A program made the position numbers and the translations under genes. Below, piece after piece: positions 34,542 through 47,550 of a stretch of 64,000 nt of DNA. The DNA lies in assembly GCA_001687465.1 (NCBI GenBank), contig LVLI01000202.1, positions 62,001 to 126,000 on the forward strand, in the 5' to 3' direction. The notes below the pieces were generated by a model, which did not search any database, was not told where the DNA came from, and saw nothing but the letters and a program-made list of their open reading frames with translations. Source of the DNA: Halocafeteria seosinensis (taxonomy: Eukaryota). Positions within the stretch are counted from its first letter, which is position 1, and each line of letters begins with the position of its first letter.

Positions 34542-35684
34542 TCAGAAATCCAAGTTTACTCGTCGATATATCTGTAACATTGCAATTTTCAATTGAATAA
34601 ATTTGCTGCCACTACAGTACAAATTGTATTACATTGTATATAGTGCATACACCATCATCCGAGACTCTGGTACAGAGACTGATCAGAAGTTCATTGTTAG
34701 CGGTTCCCGGCACTGATTGCCTATGTAAGGCTGGTGTAAAATCGGACACCCGCTACCTTCGTCGAAAACAACGACCGACTATAATGCGTCGGATGCATGT
34801 TGGAGCACTGCGAGAAAGTTTTATATGTGCGGAACAAGAATACAGCGAGGTATCAACATTGCACGGCTCTAAAGTGCTCAACGCTCGAACTCTCAATAAA
34901 TTCGCAATCCTCATGCTCGTCATTGGCGACAATCAGAGCGCAATGGGAGATGCACGGCTCTTGTGGATTCCTTGACGGAGTCCGTCAGACGTTATGTTTG
35001 TTCAGGAGCATTCACGCAGGTTTTCCGAGGCTTTGAATCGCCGGTGTTCTTGAACACCAGGGTGGGGTTTGGGGATGCTGTTTCTTAAGACCTATAACCC
35101 AAGCTGTCAAGGGTTCGGCTTTAAACCACATGCAAGTCTTCCAGCATCCCGAACAATTTTCAACTGATAATTACAATATGCCTGTAGTAGTGCTCGGCGT
35201 ACACAGCTTACAAGTCGTATTGATGCTGTTCAATACTCCATGGGCAAAAACGACCTCGAGACCGTTCGCCACCAGGTTAATCAGATTGTCACAAGAGGTT
35301 TCTTACGCGAACCGTGTCTGACACTTGATGCATCCGATTTTCTCGAGCTAGAACCCTCATGGAATGTGCTAGTTCGAGTAAGGATTCGACAAGTTCCTAG
35401 AGCTATAGACTGGGAGTGTGCTGATGCCCCTGCCTCTAGAGTATAGACGTTAATTCGACTCTATGATTGTTCTATAAGTGTCCTCAAAAAGCCATATTTT
35501 CCCCACGTCAAACGTACTCTCCGTATTTCCATTCTTTCCCGTGGCAAAACTCGTGCTTCTCACGTTGAAGTTTTGGGGTCCCTGGATACCTTCACCATGG
35601 CATGTCCATTACATGTCCAGGTTTGCGTTTGTCATTGCGGGGAAACACGCATGTCGAACCTCTGCCGCTGCTGGTGAATGTGCG

Positions 35685-38600
35685 ATGAACTCTCGTGGTG
35701 GTGGCAAGGAAGAGGAGGATGAGTTGAACCTGTCTTTGGACGATTTACAGGCTGAATTGGAAGCTGTACAAGAGGAAGAGCCCTCTACAGATAAGGGTAA
35801 TGCGTCAATCAAGTCCAACAGACCGAAACTGTCAGCTAGAAATTGCATGGAATTGGTGGGACTGCTCCAGCAGAAGGGGTATGTGCAGATTGTGTACACA
35901 TTGGACGGGGAGGAATTCGTCACTCCCAGTCAACTTCGGAAGGAAGTGGTGGAGGAGATCTCGCTCCGTCGTGGACGTACGGATAACCGCACCGTCCAAA
36001 TGGGTCTTAATGTGGACTTCAACCACGTGGAAAAGGCTATCCAAGGGGTGGTAGAAGCCAGTCGGACGTTGTACGATGAAAACTACCGCCCTTCCAAAGC
36101 AGCGAAAGAATACGGCAAGGGAGATACGAGCACCCAAGACGTTGTCGCATCGATGTTGGGATGTCGCGTGTACTACCTTGAAAGTGGGGACATTGTCTCT
36201 GATGCCTATGTTGACAAAATGTGCCATGACGTTCACGAGCTACTCTGTGAAAGGGGAAAGGTCACGTGTGGCGCCGTAGCAGAGAGATTTCAGCTCCCTT
36301 TGGTATTTGTTAAGGATATGTTATCTACCCGTACTAAAGATCCCAGGACAAATAATATTTATGAAGAACAGGAAGGGCGGTACACCGTGCCGGCGCTTTG
36401 GAGACAGGAGCAGCAAGCATTGTATACACTAGGTTACGTGGAGACGCAAAAGCAACAACTCGTAGCTGCTCTTATTGCCGTTACGCGCCCAGTTGTGGTG
36501 GACAAAGTATTGGATTCTCTGTCCTCTTTCGATATGGACAAAACTTTGTGTCTATCTATGTTAGCGGAAGTCACACAGCAACTTCCCGGCGTCATTCAAG
36601 GGCCAACGTATACACCGCATGCATTTCTTTTGAGCCAGCGTCACAGTGCATTGTCATTTTTTGCATCGAATGGCTACATTTCATTCGACCGTCTGAAAAA
36701 GCTTCGAATTGAAAATGGGCTATCATTATTGGAGGAATCCGTTAGCACGGAACACGGAGCAAGACACTTGGAAGCATCCTCCAAAGGAATGATTGACCAG
36801 AAGAAGCTTGATGAGTTGACTCTCTCTCTACCGTCAAGTACTAAGTTATTCAAACTAGATTCTTGCATTATCTCCAACGCGTTCCTCGAACAGCTTTCCG
36901 CTAGTGTTGAAGATACGGCGAATTCGAGAACCTGGATCAATTTAGTGGAAACAGTACCACCAGAAATTGAAGCAAGAGACGTGTGCGTCCTCGCGGCTGC
37001 ATTTCACAGTCACAACAGCCAAACAACTATGCGAAATATGTCTCCATCGATAAAGTTGCTTGATCAGTATAACCCCGTGTCTTCACAACTGTCCTGCACA
37101 GAGCGTGCTCTTCCTCAAACGTCGTCTTCTAAGCAAAATGACAAGAGGCCTACGAGTAGGAAGCAGAACAAGGGGTCGGGCAAAAGAACTGTCAACCGTC
37201 CCGAGTCTCAGCGTCGTCCCGTACCTGCAGTGCTAGTGTGCGGAGTCTTCATTGTATCCATAGACATTTTGGATAAAATGCTTTCTAAATTCAGCGAGCA
37301 GGCTAGTAAAGACGCTGCTGCAGCTGCAAAAACTGTAGAACTAGAGCGTCAACTTCGGAAGATCGAAGAAGCATCAGAATCATCGAGTGGTGTGGACATG
37401 GATGCCATTAAGTCTGAACTTGAAAGCTTGCAGAACAATGTATCAATTGCGGCCAAACGACACCGGAAGCGCAAACGTCCTAAAGAGCCGCTGATTACCC
37501 CACAGGAAGCCCAGTTAATGTTGCTTGAATGGTTGAACAAGGGCGAAATAGAGAATGCCGAAGATATGAGTATGTCAGAGGTTCCCCCTGAAGTGTTAGA
37601 ATATTTGCAAGACGACGACGATGATTTCGATCGCCAACGGATATTGTCGGCCGATTGGAAAGCGGAGGAAGAATTAGGGAAAACCATATCAGGTTCGAAT
37701 AAGGTGGAGTCTGTCCTAGTGTCGTGTTTACTGGGCGAACTGTGGCCTTTTGTCAAAACCATATTTGGCTCCTGTCGACATGCAGCATTTAAAGGAGATT
37801 CATCTGCTGAATCGCGCCCGCAAAAGCGCTTGACTCCGTCGAATAAACGAGCCTGTTGCGATTGCGCCCAAAACCAGTTGGATATCTCCATTCAAATGGT
37901 TCGGCGGCTATTGAATACACTGCAGAACTGGCCTGCTGCATGCGACACGGGCCCGATTACTTCAACATCCGCAAAAGCGGTCCAGCAAAAGTCCCTCGAG
38001 AAGCTATCCAGTGTCTCTCAGAAACTTTTTCACTCTTACTCCGCGTACTATGCGTACTTGGTGAGCCTTGATGCCACTCTCCTATGGTGCTGCGCGACAA
38101 CCAATACAACCATCGTATTGGAATCCGACGATACGACCCCTGCGGATTCACCAGTCAGCTGCCCGTCTCCTTTCGACGCGGTAATTCAGGGGAGTGTAGT
38201 AGCAGATACTGGAGAGTCCTCCCGGTCGATTAATCTCACTGTTATGAGGGATATACTGGATATGGATTCCAGTGACTTACGCGTGGCGGCGGATACTATT
38301 CCATTCGAAGACAGTCAAACAGAAGTTAAACTGATACCGGACTACTTGCGAGAAAAGTTAAAGCAAAAGTTGCACGTACGCCTAGAGTCCTCGCGCGCGT
38401 ATTACAATGAGCCTACGATCGTACGTATCTCGGATACAGAGAGCACAAGTTCGTCACCAAGACTTTCTCCTGAAGATTGCGGAACTGTCGAATCATTTCT
38501 AGAATACTATGAACTTAAGGATAGAATTCGTAAAGAGCTAGTTAAAGTTCTTCAACAGGGGAGGTCAACGTTTAGCGTCATGAAAGTAGACTCGGAAGAT

Positions 38601-39077
38601 ACGCTACAGCACCGTGCAACAGAGCCACTGGACATCGATGCAAAGCTGCTCAGGGAAAAAATCCAAGAGGTTGCAAAGAAGTGTGACATTCGAATCAGCA
38701 CATCTGCAAAAAAGGAAGAACGGTCATCCATCTTCTTGAGAAGACAACTGTTAGTATCGATGTGCAAAGAGGCAACTGAATGGAATCCCACATTGTCATT
38801 GGTGACATGTTTCTTGTGGCATCGGCAACTGAAAGCAGACATGGTATGCTTACCTTCCGTGGCAATGGGCGATTTCTGGTATATATTTGGTATTGCCAAA
38901 TCGATGGATGGCATCCTGGAAGACACCGATGTTACACGCTATTATGTGTCACTTCTGAGTCGGGCTGCTGAAGAACAACTTAATTTGGCAACTGTAGATA
39001 CCACTGCAAAGGATAGTCTCGAAACCATACGGAATCGGTTAGTGCAGAGTATCCAAGAAGTATTTGCGCAAGCATGA
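35685..39077 (+). CDS. UFL1: E3 UFM1-protein ligase 1 homolog (single ORF)
   Basis: 'KLSARNCMELVGLLQQKG..VYTLDGEEFVTPSQLRKEV..RGR', 'YTPHAF..FFASNGYISFDRLKKL'. Confidence 0.85.
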   Translation: MNSRGGGKEEEDELNLSLDDLQAELEAVQEEEPSTDKGNASIKSNRPKLSARNCMELVGLLQQKGYVQIVYTLDGEEFVTPSQLRKEVVEEISLRRGRTDNRTVQMGLNVDFNHVEKAIQGVVEASRTLYDENYRPSKAAKEYGKGDTSTQDVVASMLGCRVYYLESGDIVSDAYVDKMCHDVHELLCERGKVTCGAVAERFQLPLVFVKDMLSTRTKDPRTNNIYEEQEGRYTVPALWRQEQQALYTLGYVETQKQQLVAALIAVTRPVVVDKVLDSLSSFDMDKTLCLSMLAEVTQQLPGVIQGPTYTPHAFLLSQRHSALSFFASNGYISFDRLKKLRIENGLSLLEESVSTEHGARHLEASSKGMIDQKKLDELTLSLPSSTKLFKLDSCIISNAFLEQLSASVEDTANSRTWINLVETVPPEIEARDVCVLAAAFHSHNSQTTMRNMSPSIKLLDQYNPVSSQLSCTERALPQTSSSKQNDKRPTSRKQNKGSGKRTVNRPESQRRPVPAVLVCGVFIVSIDILDKMLSKFSEQASKDAAAAAKTVELERQLRKIEEASESSSGVDMDAIKSELESLQNNVSIAAKRHRKRKRPKEPLITPQEAQLMLLEWLNKGEIENAEDMSMSEVPPEVLEYLQDDDDDFDRQRILSADWKAEEELGKTISGSNKVESVLVSCLLGELWPFVKTIFGSCRHAAFKGDSSAESRPQKRLTPSNKRACCDCAQNQLDISIQMVRRLLNTLQNWPAACDTGPITSTSAKAVQQKSLEKLSSVSQKLFHSYSAYYAYLVSLDATLLWCCATTNTTIVLESDDTTPADSPVSCPSPFDAVIQGSVVADTGESSRSINLTVMRDILDMDSSDLRVAADTIPFEDSQTEVKLIPDYLREKLKQKLHVRLESSRAYYNEPTIVRISDTESTSSSPRLSPEDCGTVESFLEYYELKDRIRKELVKVLQQGRSTFSVMKVDSEDTLQHRATEPLDIDAKLLREKIQEVAKKCDIRISTSAKKEERSSIFLRRQLLVSMCKEATEWNPTLSLVTCFLWHRQLKADMVCLPSVAMGDFWYIFGIAKSMDGILEDTDVTRYYVSLLSRAAEEQLNLATVDTTAKDSLETIRNRLVQSIQEVFAQA

Positions 39078-39745
39078 GAAGACTTGTACCACAGAGTGTA
39101 CGTATCTGTTTAGGTTAGCCCAATTTCTAGTAACGCGAGGAGTGAGCATGCAGCCAGCGATTCGGCGCCATCCTGTTTCCGATTAGCCATCATATGTATG
39201 ACAGGGCATTAGAAGAGGCTAGCACAGGCTGTGTAGGCTCCAAAGTGGGTTCTGTTGTTAATGTCATGCGTCACCTGCGGATGCATTTAAGCCCGGTTCT
39301 GAAGTTCAGCGTCTGCAAAGTATCCGCAGAGAGAAGGACGCTTGTTGATAACAATGGCTAGGAGACTCCGTATCATATAAACTGCTCTTCCATGGTTTTG
39401 CTAAAATCTGGATTTTGTCATCGTAGAAGATTCGTCGAATGCAACAAATCATTCAATCGTTTACGGTTCCAATGAATTCTTAGTATCAGCGTCGTGGTCG
39501 CGACACTGATACTACGTCCGACACCTATGATAGAATGGTATCAATTCTGCGGAATTTCAATCGCATTAATCCGTTTCCACTTCGGATATTCTTGTATACA
39601 GAATTCTCCGGATGATTTCAACAACAACAGCTTCCCTCACCCCACTTTAGTTGTTTCGTTGTCATTGGAGTTGATACCAAGAGGAAAAAACAGTTTTCGA
39701 CCACTCGCTGTCGCGATTCGAATTTTTGGTACAATCCATCACATC

Positions 39746-41395
39746 ATGAGAACTGTGCAATCCTTGTTATGCGCCGTGTTGATGTTGGCAGTGGCCACTC
39801 ATGTCCAAGGTGCTTCCTGGAAGGTAGTCTCCCGTGACATGGCCAATACGTTGTTCGCCATCGCCTTCACCAATTCCACCACAGGTGCGTCACGCCATAA
39901 ATGTCCACCGAGATACAGGTGGATGGTAATAATTTTTTATTCACTCTTGTTGCTTCAGGCTTTGTTCCTGTCGGAGCGGATGGTGCGGGAGCAGAAGTGC
40001 TGAAGTCCACCGACAGTGGACGCACGTGGAAATCCGAAGCAGGTGTCGTAGGCTTGGATCTCATGGCTGCCGAGGCAGAAGGGAACAGTGTTGTCGCTTC
40101 GGGGATGTTCTCCATTGTGTGGAGTGGTGACAGTGGAAAATCTTTCGAAGAGGCAGGCGTGGATAAGTCCTTGGCAGGCATGCAAGACGTCACTGCAGCT
40201 GATTCCCAATACTTTGGAATCCCTGGGTCAGGTCTAGGTACGGATAGTAAAGCACTTTTCCGGTATCGTAGCTGCTTTGCTCCTTGGGGGAAATGAAGAG
40301 GTTAATTGATTTCGATTGTGCAGAAGACGGCAACGGCATTCTCGTCTCATCCAACGGCGGCAGGAACTTTACCTTCTACCCCGCTGCAGCTTTGAACACG
40401 CGCGCAAGATACGCCGCAATGCCTTCTCGCAGCTGCTGGTACATCAGCGCTGGTGAATGGCCAGAAGCTCAGGGCCGTGACCTAAAGTCTGCAGTTCCAG
40501 TTTCTGAGCAGAAACGTGTCCATGCTCTGGGTTACGATATCAGTCATCCCATGGTTACACTGACTGCTCTTAGCAGACGCATAGCTCTTGTCGAGGACAA
40601 ACGAACGTACGTTGCTGGGCAACCGTTGAAAGGACGGAAAACTTTGGTGGTTCTTTCGCATTCCGCTGAAACTGATGACTCCACCGATGACGAAGGGCAG
40701 TGGATTGCACAAATTGCAAAGACTACCGACGGAGGGAAAACGTTCCAGTCTGTCTTCGAAGAGTATGGCAAATTTTACTTTAACATGATGTATGTATAGT
40801 AGCAAGAGAAATTGAAAGTATGTGTGACAAATTTAGACTTTCCTTATCTCTCTCCTTGCAGTGACTGTTATGATGAAAACCATTGCTGCGCTGTCGGTGA
40901 AAGTGACGCTGGCCCTTTGCCAGGCAACCGTGTCTACTGCACCAATGATGGAGGAAGCAACTGGAAGCGGACCATGTTCTACGAAGGTTAGTCAGTTCAT
41001 AGTCGGTTTGTTCAGACGACGACAATTCGATTTGCTCTGGATGATTCAAATGCAATTAAACGTTTACAGATGCATCTTTGTCCATCATGGGCATCAAGTT
41101 CGTTGGACCTTCGGGACAGAAAACGAAGGAAGCATGGGCTGCTGGTGGGCTGCTAGAACGCAGTGGATTCACCGGTGAGTGATCTTGATCTTGAGCGGTT
41201 TAAGTATGTTCATGGAAACACAACTGATCTTGGTACGCAGGATATTTCTGGCATTCACTTGACGGTGGATATACCTGGACCAATGAGACTTTGAACGGAA
41301 CATATGCAACTGATATTAGCTTCCCTTCGTCCACTTCCGGTTTTGCTTCATTGTTGACACTGGAAAGTGGCCCAGCCGTCGCAGCTTACGACTAA
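39746..41395 (+). CDS. Secreted BNR/Asp-box beta-propeller protein (Ycf48/sortilin-like fold), ~6 exons
   Basis: Signal peptide 'MRTVQSLLCAVLMLAVATHVQG'. Asp-boxes STDSGRTW, SGDSGKSF, SSNGGRNF, TTDGGKTF, TNDGGSNW, SLDGGYTW. Confidence 0.8.
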
Positions 41396-41526
41396 ACTGT
41401 GCGTGGATGCAAGGTATACCGATATACTAGCCGCTCGACATCAAGACTTGTTGTATTGATCCAATACACATAGCTTCTCTTGAACTTGACATTAAACGGG
41501 GACTACGACAGTAATCGTAGTCACTA

Positions 41527-42110
41527 CTATTCCACGCCAGCAGAGGCTAACTGCAAAACGAAAACCGCACTTATTATGAACGCAGGGCATACTCTCATCC
41601 TCCCACATGGGGAGCATCCAACTGAATCTGAATTACCCATGTAGGCGGTCGATAGAAGCAGGTATGACGTACCTTTGCATTAAGATCCTCGATTTCCTGT
41701 TTGAGATTATCCACTTCCGCTTTCAGCCGTTCATTTTCAGCTTTGAGAGCGTCTACGTCCTCGCCGATGGCGGCACCCAGGTACTTCTTTATATACTCTA
41801 CGGCATTAGGAGGCCTCTCTGGCTCCTCATAAAGTCCCACAAGTACTGCAATGGAAGGTGAATAAAGCTCTCAAATGACGCCCCGAAGAAGAGCTATTTA
41901 AGGCCAGATAACGTACCTTTCGTTAATGCATCCACCACCCCTGACTTTTCCAAGTATTTTCGGTACTCCTCCTTCTTTGCATCGGGTGTCTGCAGAGCAA
42001 TTAACATTAAACAGTCGTGGTGCCGTACATGTCTCAATGAGACGGAATCAAGGGGAGGGCGTAGGGGGGCAAAAAAGGGCAATGCCGTTAACTCTTACTT
42101 GATACGCCAT
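41527..42110 (-). CDS. MYCBP: c-Myc-binding protein MYCBP/AMY-1 homolog, 4 exons
   Basis: MAYQ|TPDAKKEEYRKYLEKSGVVDALTK|VLVGLYEEPERPPNAVEYIKKYLG..AK|LASAGVE*. Confidence 0.9.
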
Positions 42111-42366
42111 TGTTAATAATCTCTCTCACTGTAAATCTCTCCAACGAAACAGGGTAGAAAGGTGTGTGTGGCTACTATGTAAATTATTTCTGGGGTGAAA
42201 ATTGCCCTATACACGCAGCAAACCTTAGAAAGCCACTAGTCTACGTGCATGAATTTCAGAGTATAACTTCAACTTCAACATGCGATTTTCTTGATTTGGT
42301 TAGAAGGAAGAAAGAGCAAAATAATGCATGGTCGTTAAGGCAAGGAAAAGTGTACTGTACCGCAAC

Positions 42367-45300
42367 TCAGTCATGAATAGCTTGACGCTCCGAAGGCATG
42401 CGAATATGTTCCACTGGCACTTGATCCGGAAGCTCACGAAGAATACCCTTGACATCATGAGGAGTTATGCAAATGTACTGTCGAGAAGGATTTTGGGAAG
42501 CCATTTTCAACAACGCTTTAACAGCCTGCAAACGATAATAAAGCCTCTTAAGCACAAGACATTCACGCCTTCTAGTGTTACCAGAACATACGAGTTTCCG
42601 AGTAGCATCGTCCATGAAAACATCGAACTCGTCCATAATTCTAAAAGGACAATCAACGACAGTGTCAAACGAACCGAGGAGAGCCTGCAATCATTTAAGT
42701 AATAAAGTGACATGAAGGGCGTACAAGCCGACTCAAAGCGACAGCGAGACTCACCAGCGTCGTATAACTCTTCTCTCCTCCAGACAGCGTGCCCAGATCG
42801 TACTCCGTACCCTTCCCTTGTTGCTGGGAAAACTGATTTTGGCTTGCCCCAAATGATTGTACCTGAGACATCGACATGTTCGTCTCCTTCTGCCGGTAGC
42901 TAGCATCAGGAATAACCTGTGCAATTCGCGCAGTATGGTGTTAGTCGTTTAGTCCAGGAAGCAACCCAAAGAGCTCTACTTACTGCAACTTGAATTGCCC
43001 CCTTTTCTTCTTCTCCGTGTTCCATGTCGATACGTCCCCAGCTTCCTCGAGTAAGCAGTATATCCTTGAATGACTCCCTGACGGCTGTTTCCTTGGCCCG
43101 ACGCTGCTCATACCACTGCTTTTGCCGTTCATGCCGCCCTTCTTGCATACTGGACACGCATCGCAAGGCGTGACTAACCCAATTACAGTAACATCCTACC
43201 CAACTAAGAACTTACTCATTAAGCATCCTCGTGATTTTTTCTTTTTTGTCTTTCGCGTCTTGCAACTCCTTCTTCGCCTTCTCAAAGTTCCGTTTGATCT
43301 CCTGCATTGAAACGCCGTAGCTCTCTTCAACGCAGATGAGTGGCAAACTCAAGACGTACGGTAGCATTGATTTCACTGTTTTCAAAATCTCTTTCAATTC
43401 TACTTCGCTCCTTTTGCACTCGTTCTAATTCTCGTTTGGCCGTCGGAACATCGAGTCTCTGAACAGATGACCATTTAACCTTGAGGGCAATACGCAGGAG
43501 CAACCTACCTACTAAGATACTTACCTCATCGGGAGGGACGTCAGCATGGGTCTTCTCTCGCGCGTCTTTCTTGAGTTGAGACGCCTTTTTCTTCGCTTCC
43601 GCAAGCTCGTTGTGGGCCTCATCATTCTTCTTTTTGAACCTTGTTCTGTGATGACGCAATAACCATCATATGTATTCCGGTGTGTACTCTGCAGGTTTTG
43701 CGTCTACGTTTGCGTCTACACCTACCGCAATCGTTTTCCTTTCTTCAGTCTCGCTCCAGTATCTTCTAGTCGTCCTTCGATCTCTTGTAGCTGTTTCTGG
43801 AGTCTTTGCAACCGGCCTTGGTCCTGAAGCCACCGACGAGACACAGTGTTATGAACCAACCAAGGAAGTGAGCAACGTTGAACCTTACAGGAGCGTCCTC
43901 AGCGAGTTTTTTCATTCGCGCTACGGAATCGTTCACTTCTTTTTCGTGTTTGTCTACTTCTTCTTTGGCTTCTTCATGCTCCTTCTTGACCAATTCGAGA
44001 CTCTCGCGAGCATTATCCAGTTCCTCCTGTTTATTCTCCAGCTCTTCGGACTCCGAAGTCAGTTCGGATTCTATCGCGCTAATTTTTTCCCTGATAGAAT
44101 TAATCTCATCTCGACGGTTTTCTAAGTCACCTGTAACGTTCTCCATTTCCTTAAGAAGTTGTTTGCGCTTTTCCCGGTACTGCTGTAGCTCTTCTTTTTT
44201 TTCTTCAAGCTTTTCTTTTGCTTCGCGGAGGCTTGCTTTCTCTACTGCCATTTCTTCTTCCAGTTGTTGTTTCTGAACGTTGCACAAAAAAGAGGAACAA
44301 TGAACAACGATAGCCTAAGAAATGTGTCGAATGTCGTCCTCACTTTTTCGTCAGGGCTGACGCTTAAGTACTGGGGGTGTTTCGCCGCATTGGGTTCGAT
44401 ATGTTCACTTCGTCCGTACCTCGTGCTGCATGGGAAAAACTTCCACTTCATAATTGGACTTATGCGAAGCAAATTGGTTTCCTTCCAACATACAATTTAG
44501 TCCCTTCAGCAAAGTAGATTTTCTTCACGTTCTGAGGCATGCCATGGCTTCCACATACGTCTTTCGCCTCATCTAGGTCTTTACAGACAATCTGCAATGC
44601 GCACAGTCCACACGATAAGAAAAAAGAACAGCCTCGGCGCCAAGTGCGGCCATCACCCACATATCTATGAAGGTTATTCACTTCACAGAGAGCAGAGTGC
44701 ACCCATGAGTCGTCAATGTCAAGAAGAGATAGAAAGTGCTTGAACGCTGAGCTTGGAGACTGGGAGCGTAGCACTGATTCATCTAAGCGCGATGGCTTCT
44801 TCAGCACGATATAGTCGGGAGATCGTCGACTTGTCAGCTTGGAACAAAGCTTCTGGAGCTCTCTACCATCATCTTTATTATCAACTGTGCCACAGTTTCA
44901 ACCAATACGTTGACAGTTGGATTGTAATATCTAGGATGCCGAGTTACATACCAAGAAACGTCGACAAGAGCCTTCCGATTCCAGTTTCGGCGGCTAGGTG
45001 GTACTCCTTTGCTTCGGGGCGGAGCTTCAAGTAGATTCCGCAAGGTCCAATCGGTCGTACATGAAATTTGTGCTTGTGTTGCTGCTCATTCCAGACGATG
45101 GAAAACGATTTTCAGAACGCCGAGTCACGCTCCATATCAATCGTAACTTACTTCGATTAGTGCATGCAGTTCACGGTGGTGCGCATCATACATTTTGAGA
45201 GTATTGCGCCGTACGTTGGTCTCTTGAAGTGACCGCAGATGCTCTTCCAATCTGCAAACAATGTGAAACGGTGGCCGCAGTTCATTGGAAGGACAATGGG

Positions 45301-47550
45301 CAACGTACTGTTTAAGGCGTTGTTCGCAGCCATGCATTTCGCTTTGTACGCCTTCTTTTTCATCGTCTTTTGAGTTTAATTCCTGTTCTACAACATTGAC
45401 CTTTTCACGTATACTGCGCCTTTTGTGTCTCTGCCAAGACAAAGAATGATTGGCATTGTCATAACCCCTAATGCAGGCTCTGGTGCTAACATACCAATTC
45501 AAAAAATTCTTTCTTGGTTTCCCCCTCCTTCTCTTTTAGCCGGCGGAGTTGATCACGCGCATCATTGGATTCCATGTCAGCGATTTCTTGCTCTAGGTTT
45601 CTGACTTTTTTCTCTTTCAAATCACAGTCTTTTTCCCTCAATTTGAGGCTCCTCTGACGAGGGGTAGGAAGCAGCTTACTTATTGACGGCAGTACCACAA
45701 GCAACAACCAGCAAGCTAAGCATACCTTCGCCTCGTTCAATTTACGTTGACTTGCTCGTTTTTTCGCATTGATGAGGTTTGAGTGATCTTGCAGATTGTC
45801 TAGCTTCTCTTTAGCAGTGTTGAACTCCATTCTGTAGTCATGGAATGCAAAGTAGTAAGCACCACATGGGCGATCGCTGACGAAGAAACCTACTCTTTAT
45901 TCTCATATTCGGTTGATAAGTCGTCAAGAAGGCGTTGCCGTTTCTCGACAATTCTTTCTTTTCTTTCCAGATCTTCTTCCGTAGAATTCACTTTCTCTTG
46001 TATCTTCTCAATAGTTTCGAGTTGTTCATTGTACTCGGCCCACAGAACGTTTCCTTCAGCCTCCTGTACTCAACCCATTTTTAACCCTGTCGCAGCAGAA
46101 CAGTGTAAAAATACCAGGAACGTACCGAAACGTGCTCGTCCATATTTTCGATTCGTTCGATTTGCTTCATATCTTGTTGTGCCTGAACATATTGTGCTTC
46201 CAATTGCTCAATTTTTTCATGAGACTCATCACTCGCTAGACGTTCCTTCGCTTCTGCACAGATTGTATTCCATTGAATCCACCTCATGCACACGCAATAT
46301 CGGTTGAGCGGCATTACCTTGTATATGTTGTCTCGCGTTGTGCACATTCTCATAGATGTTCGATAATCGACACGCTTGCATAAAGAACTGGACAGTAGGC
46401 AATTCGAATCACAAGTTTAAGGAAACTATGGCTGATACGGCCGCACGTACGCTATACAATTTCTGAGGGTTGGCGTTTACGAATTCCTTCATTTTCTCTT
46501 GGGTGATAACGTTCGCCGGGTTGTCGACAGATATGCTGTTGTCGCGTACAAATTGTTCGATTATATGCTTAGCACTCTCAGTGTCATCTTTTACTTCCTT
46601 CCCGGCGGAATTATACAACCTCAGTTGAGATTGCACAGTTCCAGAGGGTTGGCGCAACAGGCGCCTTTGAATGCCAATTCTATTCCCAAAAATGTGAGGA
46701 CGAAAAGCTATCTTGCCTGCACGGAGTAGAACGTGAAACAATGCCGACAGAAAGCCGTGACTACTTCTTGTGGCACGTACCTTCATTATAGAACGACACG
46801 TATATGAGTGTGTTGCCATCGGAACCTTCCCTCACCACATCAGCTAAGTTCGAATTTCTACCAGTGACGTTAGCCCTGCTACCAAAGACGAGCTGAATCG
46901 CTGAGCAAATACTACTCTTGCCTGTAATGCCCATAACGTTCGCATATATTGCGTCCATAAATGCTGCCAGAGAAGGATACAATCGTCATACCAGAACCGT
47001 TTAGTCCGACTAGGAAATTTGTGCGTCTACCGAATTTTAGGTGCAGATGTTTATGACACATGAAATTTTGCAGCTGTAGTCACGTAGTCATAATAGAGGT
47101 TGATAGACGTCATTGAAGTTATTTGAGAGACCACCCACTTACTTTAATTTCGTGGATGGCACCCACACAGCCATCATCACTAGTAGCTTCCATGCCCTCC
47201 TGCGCAAGGCTGTCTAACAAATCCAGCTCCTTAGATTCTTTGTCTGCTTCCTGTTTCACGGAACGAGCAGAATGATGGGAAGGTGGGTCTGCGGCCCCAT
47301 TCTGAGTGGACGGTCGAGCTCGCTTCTTTGTCGACGAAGATGCGCTCTTCGCAGGAGGTGGAGACGCTTCAGGTGTCCTTGGCACATCCATTCCATTTTC
47401 ATGATCAGGTTGTTGGCCCTCGACAGAGCCATTCGGGGTTTCAGTTTGCCCCGTATCCTCATTTTGCTGCTGCTCCTCCTGATCACTGTCGCTGTCTTCC
47501 TCCATCAGCATTTTACGAGACAATCGACGAGACTTCTTCTTGCGTGCCAT
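42367..47550 (-). CDS. SMC6: Structural maintenance of chromosomes protein 6, ~23 short introns
   Basis: 'LQNFMCHKHL..NFLVGLNGSGKSSI', coiled coils and hinge, signature 'LSGGEKSYTTL', Walker B 'CPFRIMDEFDVFMD', 'QYICITPHD'. Confidence 0.88.

Noticed and set aside
34560..35680. 1.1-kb gap with short ORFs (pseudogene or transposon remnant)
   Set aside because: No domain, terminal repeats or coherent splice model found.
46973..46980. U12-type donor GTATCCTT on the minus strand in SMC6
   Set aside because: It lies 11 nt inside a normal GTATGA intron, and using it would break the frame of the GSGKS P-loop.
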